Shown here in pieces: positions 52,807-64,000 of a stretch of DNA of 64,000 nucleotides (within the stretch, counting starts at the first letter, position 1; each line of letters starts with the position of its first letter). The stretch is from Haliotis rubra (taxonomy: Eukaryota): contig NW_025767025.1 of assembly GCF_003918875.1 (NCBI RefSeq), forward strand, positions 868,001 to 932,000. Direction: 5' to 3'. The notes below the pieces were generated by a model that saw only the letters and a list, made by a program, of their open reading frames with translations, was not told where the DNA came from and did no database searches. Position numbers and translations under genes: made by a program.

Positions 52807-54204
52807 ATGTTGTTCCACGTGGTACCCGAAGATATTTTCAGAGAGCGTGCCGCATATTCAAGACCCTGCCATTACCAGAGAAACCCGTGTTGTCAACAGC
52901 AGCAGTTGGGTAAAATGGGCTTTCTGAACGACATTCTCCGTCCTCTCATGGTGATGTCGCACAACAACCCTCAGTCAGAAAGCTGTCACGGTAGACGCCA
53001 ATGTGACACAGAAAAATGTCAGCGTGTCACACGTCGAGGGACACAGAAGGGGGAGCCACCTTCCCAGAAACGGCAGCCGGTCTCCATGACTGCAAGCCTC
53101 GATTTCCGCGGTTTTTCTGCAGATGAAATAAAAGTGAAAGTCACAGATAACACCATAGTTGTGTGTGGAGGACATGATGACCCCAACAACTCCTTCCGGG
53201 TCACAAGAAGACTTCCACTACCACCTGGTGTTGACAAAACGGGAGTTATCTGCCGATATGTTGAAGGCAAGGTTATCCTCGAGATCCCCGCGTCTGCAAA
53301 ACACAGTGTGGAGGACAAACAGGAGAGGCAAGAGGGCGAGAAGAAAGCTGAACACAAAGAGAAGAAAACCAGATCTAACCCAGCCAGGACAAGTGACACA
53401 GATGATGAGGAGTACGACGACGGTGGAATGGAAGGAGAAAAGGAAGTTCAAGCAGCTCTTCAAGAAGGCATGAAACACCTGTTTTCCACTATGTTTGGCC
53501 TTCCTGTTGTTGAGAGGAAGGAGAAGAAGGATTTGTCCAAAGGGAGTCCTGATAAGGAGGAAGAAACTACTGAACAGACGACCACAGATCCAGACAGAGA
53601 GAAACCTCGCCCGGAAGATGACAACAAAACGACAGACGGGTCCTTTGACAAGCAAATGGATGTCGAGGAAGAGAAAGGACAGGAGGAAGATACCTGCCTA
53701 ATGTTGAAGTATGACGAGAAGCCGTCTCTCAGACATGACCCCAGTGACATCGCTTACGTGGAGGAGCAGACGACAGCTGACAGTGCTCCACGAGAGCCGA
53801 CGACAGTCCGAAATACGGACGAGGACGAAGAAGTAGAACGACTGATGTCAGATGGAGATGAAGATGCCGAGAGTATACTGATCAAAGCCGACGAGAATCT
53901 TCCCGTCACCTCATCATCACAAGATTTCGAAATTCGGTTCGATCTGTCCAACTACAAACCAGAAGACATCCGGGTAGTTGTAAGTAATGGTGACGTCACC
54001 GTGGAAGCCGAGCGTGAGAGCAAGTGTGACGGGTACAGCGAAACTGAGACACTGCGAAGGCGCATTCGTCTCCCAGACAAAGTGGACCAGTCCATGTTGA
54101 CGAGTGTCCTGAATGCAGAGGGCGAGATGACCATTCAGGCGCCATTCCTGTCTCAGACCATCAGTGGAAAGGAAGAGCAAACTGTTCCAGTTGTTTGGGA
54201 GTGA
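52807..54204 (+). CDS. Small heat-shock protein (HSP20 family) with two alpha-crystallin domains, copy 3, 465 aa, intronless
   Basis: ACD1 ~aa94-161 (LDFRGFSADEIKVKV...RRLPLPPGVD) and ACD2 ~aa374-446 (FDLSNYKPEDIRVVV...RRIRLPDKVD...SVLNAEGEMTIQAP). C-terminal VPV is an IxI/V motif. HSE and TATA lie upstream. Confidence 0.9.
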   Translation: MLFHVVPEDIFRERAAYSRPCHYQRNPCCQQQQLGKMGFLNDILRPLMVMSHNNPQSESCHGRRQCDTEKCQRVTRRGTQKGEPPSQKRQPVSMTASLDFRGFSADEIKVKVTDNTIVVCGGHDDPNNSFRVTRRLPLPPGVDKTGVICRYVEGKVILEIPASAKHSVEDKQERQEGEKKAEHKEKKTRSNPARTSDTDDEEYDDGGMEGEKEVQAALQEGMKHLFSTMFGLPVVERKEKKDLSKGSPDKEEETTEQTTTDPDREKPRPEDDNKTTDGSFDKQMDVEEEKGQEEDTCLMLKYDEKPSLRHDPSDIAYVEEQTTADSAPREPTTVRNTDEDEEVERLMSDGDEDAESILIKADENLPVTSSSQDFEIRFDLSNYKPEDIRVVVSNGDVTVEAERESKCDGYSETETLRRRIRLPDKVDQSMLTSVLNAEGEMTIQAPFLSQTISGKEEQTVPVVWE

Positions 54205-55850
54205 TTTGAGATTTGTGAAGTTCGTGTCGGATATATTGGACTCAATGTGTTGAAGTGGTCAGTCACATTTTGACTGATACATATTCTTTTTCGTGAAAAT
54301 ATGATAAATATTTAATGTCAGATAATAATTCCCATGAACTGATTTGAGATTGTGTTCATGACGATACACAGGACTCAGTTGTTGAGGTCAGTCTGTCTTA
54401 TTTCTGACAGATATATCTTACTTCGTTGAATTATGCGTCTTGATAAATATTTAATGTCGGATAAGAATTCCCATGAAAACAGTATAAGGAGGATGATATC
54501 TGGGTAAAAAAATATCATACTTGTTAGATGCCAAGGATTGTTCACGTAGTTTTATTTTTGTCTCAACGTATATGTTCACATGTGAACAACTGTCCGATCA
54601 GTATTGGGCTAATGTGTACTCACTGACACCCCCTTTACATCATCCAGTTACAGTCGTCTAAATACTTTAGACATATATCCATTTTGTTGTTCTTTTTTAA
54701 CAGTTCATGATCTGTATTTTTTAAATTGTCATTTTTATTAGTTCCATGTATTTCACCATGAATTTGTATGTCTGATACACCTGTCGTGTTTCAAAAAGTA
54801 ATAAAATGTCATAATGCATACTTCCATGTCCGGTTTTATTTTGAATAGTATGTGAAGCATCTCGGCTGACGTGAAGACTTATACACATCAGGATGTGTGT
54901 GTTGTGAAGGACCTTCACATCGCTCCACCATATGGATGGCAGTGACAGAGGTCTGTGTGCAGTGAAACACCATTAATACAAACGGTACTTGTGGTAAAAT
55001 CGTTTAGATTAAAACACCGCTAGCTTGATTATCGAATCAAAGGTATACACAAACTCACGCTCGAACGCACGCACACACACATACACACACACGGCTTCTA
55101 TCGTGTTATGCTAACAGATATCGCCCATGACGCTGAAGTATAATAACCTTACCAACACACAAAACGTTTAGACTCCCTGCATGATATGTGTTATACATTC
55201 ATATACCATCTGATCAGTTTTGTCAGTAATACCAGTAACAGCACATGTACACTAAAAGCCAAAACATACGTTACCCTCCTACCTTTATGAAGTACTTAAA
55301 AACTAGACATGATATGTTAGAAGGTATTACTTCACAAGAAAGCTTAACAACACAGCTTTATGCAAATCACGAAACAAAATCTCAAATGCATTCATATTTA
55401 GGCGAAATGAATCTGTTCAGAAGAGTTAAATTGTCTTATTTTCGACCATGCCGAAATAAACCAATAACAGTGATTTAGATGTCCGAAAGAACGGTTGAAA
55501 TAAAATTCTGCTTTTGGACAAAGATAAACCATTTAAAATCGCCATTTTTCAGCTATTAAAACAAGAAACAACTGTTGTAGAGTGTGTAAATATGTAAAAG
55601 AATCATTCCTATGATTTGAGTCTTTTCAAACACTTCCTGCTGATTTGCATTTGTGAAAACAAGTAAAAGGTGCCTTTGATATCTTGAAAAAGTGTTTAGG
55701 AACACCTAAAATTATCTTTGTTAACATTTGTGCTCGCAAAGTAACATTTTTCCATTTTCTGTTTACACATAGCAATATTAATCGCCAAAACGTAGCAAAA
55801 TTCAAGTAATATTTGCATCAATTTCACGTGTGGAATGATGATTCTATAGG

Positions 55851-56073
55851 ATGAGTGAGTGAGTGAGTTTAGTTTTACGTCACACTCAGCAATATTCCAG
55901 CTATTTGGCGTCGGTCTGTAAATAATCGAGTCTGGACCAGACAGTCCAGTGATCAACAGCATGAGCATCGATCTGCGCAATTGGGAACCGATGACATGTG
56001 TCAACCAAGTCAGCGAGCCTGACCACCCGATCCCGTTAGTCGCCTCTTACGACAAGCATAAACGCCTTTTGTG
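55851..56073 (-). mobile_element. Second SINE-like family (GTCGTAAGAGGCGACTAA core); copies also at ~35148-35384 and ~40665-40890
   Basis: 11-bp TSD GATTCTATAGG, with the empty site near 49531; shares the 3' tail of the tRNA-SINE. Confidence 0.75.
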
Positions 56074-58450
56074 GATTCTATAGGGTATAAAGAGAGCCTA
56101 GAATGCATGATATGATACGCAAGTACGAGAACTATGCCGCGATTAACAGCTGAAGAGAGAAAGAGCCATTGGGATGGTGCAGATGGGATCGACATACAAT
56201 GATGTTGCCAACGCCCTCGGATGCCACCGTATATCACGGTTATAAGACGTATTCAGCGCTATAGATTGGGGTCACCGTAGACAGACCAAGAAGTAGACGT
56301 CCACGCATCACAATGCAGCAGAAAGTTTCATCCTCACTTGAGTAGATTTTAAGAAATTAATTAAGGAAGGAGGGTAACATTTCTTTTGGCGTTTAGTGTA
56401 TTTAATGATGTATCTACGGATGAAGCAAGAAACATGTGTAGACATGTGTGACCGACATATGCACTTATGATTGTGTTGGAATACTCATAGATGCGTATGG
56501 AATACTCAAGCTTCTGATGTTCATTAGTTTTTAAAACTTTATATGAATGTGATCGCTAAGTCAACCACAATTTCTGAATTGTTACATAGAGATTATCTGA
56601 AGGAGTTGTATATGCCACGACAAGATTAATTATGCACTCATTAAAAATTATAGAAACGCACAAGTTTACATTGAAAATATATATTTTGTTAAATTATGTG
56701 CATGTTGCATATAATCTGATTTGATATTTGCACGTGTACTATGCTTTAATTCTTTTTCCATGACAATTTCATTAAATCTTACCAAAATTGCTTTACAAAG
56801 CTCCATAGGTTCCAAGAGGTTGTGTTTGTGCACTAATCCAGTAAACGAACGTGTGACTGATATCGTTCCATAAATGATATGTTTAGTGTATTGAATGTTT
56901 TATGAATAAACAAAACCAACATTCACATTATAGTCTACGCGTTTCTTTCTTTTTCTTTTTTGAAAGGGGCAGTGGGGTAGCACAGTGTGGTTAAAACGTT
57001 CGCTCGCCACGCCGATGGCCCGGGTTCGATTCACCACATGGGTACAATTAATGTGTAAAGCCCAATTTTGGTGCCCTCGCCGTGATATTTCTGGAATCTG
57101 CTAAAAAGCGGCATAAAACGGAACTCGCTCACTTTTCTGAAGGGTGTATTTTGGTTTTGTAGGTTTTAAGTAGATACAAAAAGAAGGAAATTTAATTATG
57201 GGACTCAAATCTGTGCCGCCCTTGCTTTTTGCTTCTTAAAGCTAGAACGTTTACACTAATTGTTGACAGAAAACATGCTGAAAAGGTTTACAACATGCAA
57301 ACCAGATGCACTATTCTCAATGACTACTTGGCGGTGGAGTAGCCTAGTGGTTAAAGCTTTCACTCGTCACGATGAAGACCTGGGTTCGATTCCCTACATG
57401 GGTACAATGTGTGAAGCCTATTTATGGTGTCCCCCGCCGTGATATTGCTGGATTATTGCTAAAAGCAGCGTAAAGCCAGACTCACTCACTCACTCAACGA
57501 CTACATGTGAAGGTGAACACACCTTGACCTGGCGTTGACGGACGCTTCACAAACGCAACTTTCTGGCTTTGTGCTAGATTGGCATCATCTCAGTGATCTG
57601 ACTGACTGAGTTTGGTTTGACGCCGCTTTTAGCAATATTCCAGCAACATCACAGCGGGGGACACCAGAAATGGGCTTCACACATTGTACCCATGTGGGGA
57701 TTCGACCCCGGGTCTTCGGCGTTTCAGTGATCTAAGGTTGATATCAGTAATTAGCATTCGTGGGTTTGAAATTGATGAAAGCTGCACACGGTACTGTCTC
57801 GGCGAACTATGAAAGCGCAAAGTCACAGTTATAGCAAGTTGATTCAAGTCGTTAAATAGAACACAATACCAGTTCCTACTTTCACAAAACTATCGAAGTA
57901 TTAGGACGGTATTGGGGCTGATTTACGATCGCATCCTGGGCCTCATTGAATCAGATCGTTTGGGGAAGCTGAAATTTAATTAGTTCAAATTAGCTACAAG
58001 GATCTTACATTTAGATTAGGAGTGAAAGTTCGCTCGTGATAAATACGACCTTTACCTTTTACAATTGTTGTTAAATGACTCATTTCATAATCTGAAAGAG
58101 AATGCAATTTTCATATGAAAGTAAGATATCCTGTATATTTGAGTTAATGAGAATAAAATTCAGAACGACACCGTACCCATCTAAACTAACTGAGAATATT
58201 TTTAAGTTACTGAGTATAGAATTCTGACGCCATAATGGGATTACCGACGAATAAAATTTAAACAGTACAAAAACTGTTGAAATTGTTAATCGATCCATGT
58301 ACATTTCTATGCAAACACTACATCGTGGATATATTTACGTTAAACACGTATTTTGGTTACGACTTTAAATAATTACATATTGAATACATGTGGATTTACT
58401 GAAAATACACGTCTATGGTACAGACTGTAGATGGCAGAGGTGTACACTAT

Positions 58451-58678
58451 CAGTGTATGAAATAAGGCCCGTCCGACCGCCCGAGACGGTCTAGATTTCA
58501 GAAGGACGGTCTAAATTTACAGCTTGCCAGCCCGATGGTCTGGTAATATTTTTTACATGTTGCATACATCTGAGTAAATTCACCATATTTGTTCTGGTTA
58601 AATCCATTTTGGGCTGATAACATTTTAAAGTTACCAGCCCTGATGTTTGGCTGGAATTTTGGCTTATTTCATACACTG
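58451..58678. mobile_element. CAGTGTATGAAATAAG-TIR MITE (copies also at ~6233-6461 and, truncated, ~52125-52240)
   Basis: 16-bp TIR; 7-bp flanking duplication ACACTAT. Confidence 0.7.
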
Positions 58679-58869
58679 ACACTATACCACAGCATGTTAT
58701 TGTAAGAGGTCGGCATACGTCTTGTGTAGTCCCTGAATACTTATGCCTTTACTGACTTCAGTTTCCTACAAACGCATTTTACTAAACCTGACACCAGAGA
58801 AAATATGCGTATATAGTACATTTATATTTTCGACATGACGAAGTGAGCCTGACAACTGCGAGCAAGATC

Positions 58870-59100
58870 ACGAACAGTCTAGAAGTGCCCGACTCGCAAT
58901 AAGCTCCGCCCACAATGCTATTTTTAAACTCGCGATTGCGCATTGGCGTTGTTTCGTCACATCCGTAAACAGAAACACGTTGTCACCTTGTTCTCGAATT
59001 AACTATTACATTCTCGAGGCGTTTTCTGGATGATTCGCGAGGTTATAGGTGTGTTGTGTAGCTGTATATAAGGCAGAGGGATTTATCTGACCGTCATTCC
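58870..59100 (+). promoter_or_regulatory. Heat-shock promoter of sHSP copy 4
   Basis: Paralogous HSE blocks and TATATAA at 59065-59071. Confidence 0.7.
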
Positions 59101-59241
59101 AGCATTCAGCTTCAACACTCAACACGACCGACGACTGATCGTCGAAACAGCGAGAGCGTCTAGTATATACAACGTAACTGGGTTATATACATCAAATTAA
59201 TTGCCTACATCTTTGTCAAGAAAACGACACCGCCTACAACC

Positions 59242-60627
59242 ATGTTGTTCCACGTGGTACCCGAAGATATTTTCAGAGAGCGTGCCGCATATTCAAGACC
59301 CTGCCATTACCAGAGAAACCCGTGTTGTCAACAGCAGCAGTTGGGTAAAATAGGCTTTCTAAACGACATTCTCCGTCCTCTCATGGTGATGTCGCACAAC
59401 AACCCTCAGTCAGAAAGCTGTCACGGTAGACGCCAATGTGACACAGAAAAATGTCAGCGTGTCACACGTCGAGGGACACAGAAGGGGGAGTGTCCTACCC
59501 AGAAACGGCAGTCGCAATTCATGACTGCAAGCCTCGATTTCCGCGGTTTTTCTGCAGATGAAATAAAAGTGAAAGTCACAGATAACTCCATAGTTGTGTG
59601 TGGCCGACATGATGACCCCAGCAACTCCTTCCGGGTCACAAGAAGACTTCCACTACCACCTGGTGTTGACAAAACGGGAGTTATCTGCCGATATGTTGAA
59701 GGCAAGGTTATCCTCGAGATCCCCGCGTCTGCAAAACACAGTGTGGAGGACAAACAGGAGAGGCAAGAGGGCGAGAAGAAAGCTGAACACAAAGAGAAGA
59801 AAACCAGATCTAATCCAGCCAGGACAAGTGACACAGATGATGAGGAGTACGACGGTGGAATGGAAGGAGAAAAGGAAGTTCAAGCAGCTTTTCAAGAAGG
59901 CATGAAACACCTGTTTTCCACTATGTTTGGCCTTCCTGTTGTTGAGAGGAAGGAGAAGAAGGATTTGTCCAATGACAAGGAGGAAGAAACTACTAAACAG
60001 ACGACCACAGATCCAGACAGAGAAGAACCTCGCCGGGTAGATGACAACAAAACGACAGCCGGGTCCTTTGACAAGCAAATGGATGTCGAGGAAGAGAAAG
60101 GACAGGAGGAAAATACCTGCCTAATGTTGAAGTATGACGAGAAGCCGTCTCTCAGACATGACCCCAGTGACATCGCTCGCCTGGAGGAGCAGACGGCAGG
60201 TGAAAGTGCTCCACGAGAGCCGACGACAGACCGAAATACGGACGAGGACGAAGAAGTAGAACGACTGATGTCAGATGGAGATGAAGATGCCGAGAGTATA
60301 CTGATCAAAGCCGACGAGAATCTTCCCGTCACCTCATCATCACAAGACTTTGAAATTCGGTTCGATCTGTCCAACTACAAACCAGAAGACATCCGGGTAG
60401 TTGTACGTAATGGTGACGTCACCGTGGAAGCCGAGCGTGAGAGCAAGTGTGACGGGTACAGCGAAACTGAGACACTGCGAAGGCGCATTCGTCTCCCAGA
60501 CAAAGTGGACCAGTCCATGTTGACGAGTGTCCTGAATGCAGAGGGCGAGATGACCATTCAGGCGCCATTCCTGTCTCAGACGATCAGTGGAAAGGAAGGG
60601 CAAACTGTTCCAGTTGTTTGGGAGTGA
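59242..60627 (+). CDS. Double-ACD small heat-shock protein, copy 4, 461 aa, intronless
   Basis: Intact ORF closely similar to copy 3, with the same domain layout. Confidence 0.9.
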   Translation: MLFHVVPEDIFRERAAYSRPCHYQRNPCCQQQQLGKIGFLNDILRPLMVMSHNNPQSESCHGRRQCDTEKCQRVTRRGTQKGECPTQKRQSQFMTASLDFRGFSADEIKVKVTDNSIVVCGRHDDPSNSFRVTRRLPLPPGVDKTGVICRYVEGKVILEIPASAKHSVEDKQERQEGEKKAEHKEKKTRSNPARTSDTDDEEYDGGMEGEKEVQAAFQEGMKHLFSTMFGLPVVERKEKKDLSNDKEEETTKQTTTDPDREEPRRVDDNKTTAGSFDKQMDVEEEKGQEENTCLMLKYDEKPSLRHDPSDIARLEEQTAGESAPREPTTDRNTDEDEEVERLMSDGDEDAESILIKADENLPVTSSSQDFEIRFDLSNYKPEDIRVVVRNGDVTVEAERESKCDGYSETETLRRRIRLPDKVDQSMLTSVLNAEGEMTIQAPFLSQTISGKEGQTVPVVWE

Positions 60628-62057
60628 TTTAAGATTTGTGAAGTTCGTGTCGGGTGCACAGGACTCATGTGTTGAAGTGGTCTGACACATTTTGACTGAT
60701 ATGCTATTTTGTGAGAATATGCGTTTTGATATATATTTAATGTCAAAAAGCTGATGATAGCTCCTTTGAAAATGGTATTATAAATTTGATGGTTCCATGA
60801 AATATTATATCTCTGTGATATCAAGAATTGATTACATTATCTTGGTTTAGTTATAATCGTATATTTGTAAATGAAAGCTATTGTCCTATTAGTATTTGGT
60901 TGCCTTGTGAACACTCATGCAATTACCTACCTGAAAATTCGAGATATTTCATTGATTTCCATTTTGTTGTTGATCATTGTTCACAAACAGTCCAAGGCCT
61001 TATTTTGTCATTTATCAATTTCATGTATTTCACCATGCATTTGTTCTTGTTCCACAAAGTAATAAAATGAAATCATGCATCCAGATTCAAAGATTTTTCT
61101 TTAAGTGCTAGGTAGCAGAGTCACCCCGCGTTTTATGAGGATTTATGTCATATGATGTACAAGCTGCGCTGAGGAACACTCGCACTGCTAGACCATATCG
61201 ATGGATGTAAAAGGGATCTATGTTCAGTGAAATGCCATGAATTTAAACGGTACCCATGATAGTGAAATTATCCAGGTTTTCTTAACGAACCAGTGAAATT
61301 ATCTCGGAGAGAGACTCACAATACCCTCACACTCAGAGAGAGGACACGGACACTGAGAACACACACCATATTGTTTCGGACCTATTCTAAACATGCCCTC
61401 TTGAACTAATGTTAAGAGAATTGTCTCTCCATCTATCCTCCAATCTGTCCGCATGCGTCATAAACGTGTATTCAGGTTGTGAAAGTACAAAGACCCTCCT
61501 ATCATTTTAGGTGGTTTTTTTTCCATGCACTGCACACAAGACCCATTCGTCCAGGGTCGTATCCCATGCATTGAATACTATAATGAACATGTATGCAGCG
61601 TTCTGTTTCTCTCCGTCGTGTCGTACACATGCTAAATCATCATCATATTAAAATAATATAGCTGCATTAAAGTCAAATATAATGTATTTGCACCAGAGAG
61701 TAGCAAATCTCACTTAGGGACCGTTCATAATTAATGATGATGGGGTGATCATGATTTTAGGTGTGTGCGTGCGTGCGTGCGTGTGTGAGAGAGACCTATT
61801 TTGTTCCCGGGGGTGGGGGTGTGTCAGCAATTTTGTACAAATGTTCTAGGGGGGCAGCAATTTTGCACATGAAAATACTAACTAGATATGCTTAAAAATT
61901 ATAGGAAAGGGGATGGGGGTCATTGATTTTGTATATGACGTGGGGAGAGGAGACTTACTTTGTACATAAATTTTAGGGGGTCATTCACATTGCACATGCT
62001 TCTCCATAAAAATCATCAGACCACCTTCTACCCTACCCCCACCCCCACCCCCAAAAA

Positions 62058-63650
62058 TTCAATCAATTAATCTTTATTTCAGTACTGAGGAGGCCACAGG
62101 CCTATAGTACATTTCATATATACATCTTTCTAATCGACATGGCTTGATAAATGAAAACCGCAACATTTTTAATCACAAATTCATTTGAAGAATTCAATAG
62201 AGAAGAAAATTTAGCGATTGGTGGATGGACAAAATAGAGTTCTTTAATATATTTACTACATGTAGTATTATATGCTGGGCATAGAAGAAGAAAATGATAT
62301 TCGTCTTCTATAACAGTATTATTACAACATCTACAGATTCTATCCTCTCTTTTGATATTCATAAATCTACCTTTTCAAGTAATAAATCATGAGATGAACA
62401 ACGGAAACGAGCTAAAGCTATTCTATATTTCTTAACATTAACACATGATAAATAGCGTTCAGTATAAATGTGTGTTTTAAAGATTGAGTAATAATTACAT
62501 TTTATTATATAGGTAGCATTTTTCCTGTACCACGATTGGTCAAAAAGACCGTCACATGATTGACTACAAAACACGATATTGACTTGAGTTTTCTGATAAA
62601 TTATGATATTGACTTGGGTTACTAAAAATAGACAAGGAATCCCGTACGAAGGGGCTTCCCCCGCTTTTCAGCCAATCAGATCACTCGGATAGATGGCACA
62701 GTGTGTGCATTAAAAGTTTATGTTAAAACCCGTTTCTCTTTCATTATATAATAAAACAATTATAGACTCTTGTAGACGTCGATATCGGTTTTTATTGACC
62801 TGAGAAAAACAATATCGACCTCGCAAGCTCGGTCGATATTGTTTTACTCAAGAGTCTATAATTGTATATTGTATCTACTGAAATTGTTTCCAACCATTTC
62901 TGCTGGTAAATATCTCTTAATCTTTGCGTGAATACATTTAGAAACAATGACGAACATTCAACATTTTGTTCATATCATAAATGATTAAATCCAGTTGAAA
63001 AAAGTAGGTGTTTAACATCTGTTATCCAATTCTTTTTACCTTCTTTGTCATATAGTAACATTATACAATTATAGACTCTTGTAGAGGTCGATATCGGTTT
63101 TTATTGACCTGAGAAAACAATATCGACCTCGCGAGGTCGATATTGTTTTCTCAGGTCAATAAAACCGATATCGACGTCTACAAGAGTCTATAATTGTTTT
63201 ATTATATAATGAAAGAGAAGCGGGTTTTAACATAAACTTTTAATGCACACACTGTGCCATCTATCCGAGTGATCTGATTGGCGGAAAAGCGGGGGAAGCC
63301 CCTTCGTACGGGATTCCTTGTCTATTTTTAGTAACCCAAGTCAATATCATAACTTATCAGAAAACTCAAGTCAATATCGTGTTTTGTAGTCAATCATGTG
63401 ACGGTCTTTTGACCAATCGTGGTACAGGAAAAATACTACCTATATAATAACATATTATAGCATTCTTTCGGTAAATGGTAGGATGGCATACTTAATAACC
63501 TTACCCAATATTTAATCGCCCTGATTTGTGAAGATAAGATGAGCGGGTATCTGCCACATTCCCCATTTACCGTAACATTTGATGTGCTCATCTTTATTTA
63601 CCCCGAAAAATTTCTTGCAGGCAAATAATTTGAAATAAATGTACCTTTTA
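62058..63650 (-). mobile_element. 5'-truncated non-LTR retrotransposon (LINE) 3' end
   Basis: RIALARFRCSSH...RICRCC...IEDEYHFLLLCPAY is a typical CCHC C-terminus of LINE ORF2. AATAAA and a short-repeat tail near 62060-62080. Interrupted twice. Confidence 0.75.
62502..63450. repeat. Two inverted copies (62502-62868, 63062-63450) of a short element ending in a long palindrome (Crypton-like, tentative)
   Basis: Near-perfect reverse-complement identity between the copies. Hairpin with ~65-bp arms centred at 63131. TATA-rich ends and no TIR. Confidence 0.65.
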
Positions 63651-63734
63651 TATTGAATCATAAATTATGAACGGTCCCTTATTCGCCGAAACAGACTATT
63701 GAAAATTCGTCAAAACAACATGAGAGGGTCACTG

Positions 63735-64000
63735 AAACTTAGTGATGGCAGTTAACAATAGTCCTTCCATAGTGATAGCAGTTAACAATAGTCCTTCCAT
63801 AGTGATGGCAGTTAACAATGGTCCTTTCATAGTGATGGCAGTTAACAATATTCCCTCCATAGTGATGGCAGTTAACAATGGTCCTTCCATAGTGATGGCA
63901 GTTAACAATATTCCTCCCATAGTGATGGCAGTTAACAATATTCCTTCCATAGTGATGGCAGTTAACAATATTCCTTCCATAGTGATGGCAGTTAACAATA
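63735..64000. repeat. 30-bp minisatellite running off the window end
   Basis: (AGTGATGGCAGTTAACAATAGTCCTTCCAT)n, about 9 units. Confidence 0.95.

Larger units (their letters stand above)
47582..59241 (+). repeat. ~6.5-kb tandem duplication units linking sHSP copies 2, 3 and 4
   Basis: Spacer 47582-52806 is colinear with spacer 54205-59241, apart from unit-specific insertions. Confidence 0.85.
61717..63678. mobile_element. PIF/Harbinger-type MITE expanded by nested insertions
   Basis: Same TIR family, TTA TSD at 61714-61716 and 63679-63681. Contains a LINE fragment and two further elements. Confidence 0.75.

Noticed and set aside
41782-60690. Many antisense and alternate-frame ORFs over the sHSP genes
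   Set aside because: Shadow ORFs of purine-rich coding sequence, repeated through duplication.
63729-63998. 89-aa repetitive ORF (LLTAITMEG)n
   Set aside because: A by-product of a 30-bp minisatellite whose unit is a multiple of 3; no other coding evidence.

Overview
Eukaryotic, AT-rich, intron- and repeat-rich animal DNA. The SINE families suggest a mollusc, probably abalone (Haliotis); this is an inference. Main content: (1) a complete 22-coding-exon RBM5/RBM10-family splicing regulator on the minus strand (15660-31282; RRM1, RanBP2 zinc finger, RRM2, OCRE, C2H2, G-patch), whose reading frame depends on a 16-nt microexon; (2) a partial duplicate of its middle exons at ~2870-9735 that keeps its splice sites, has an in-frame ATG and lies just downstream of an inserted LTR element with CG...CG ends and a 3-bp TSD; it can be spliced into an open ORF, possibly onto an orphan C2H2 exon at 977-1330; (3) TIMMDC1 on the plus strand, head-to-head with RBM5/10 (34423-38911); (4) a tandem array of four intronless small heat-shock genes, each with two alpha-crystallin domains joined by a ~210-aa acidic linker, with HSE/TATA promoters (two intact, two disrupted); (5) many SINEs, MITEs, Helentron-associated (HINE-like) elements, DIRS, LINE and Tc1 fossils, a 160-N gap and a 30-bp minisatellite. 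All exon models were built by hand from GT-AG sites and frame continuity; no transcript data were available.
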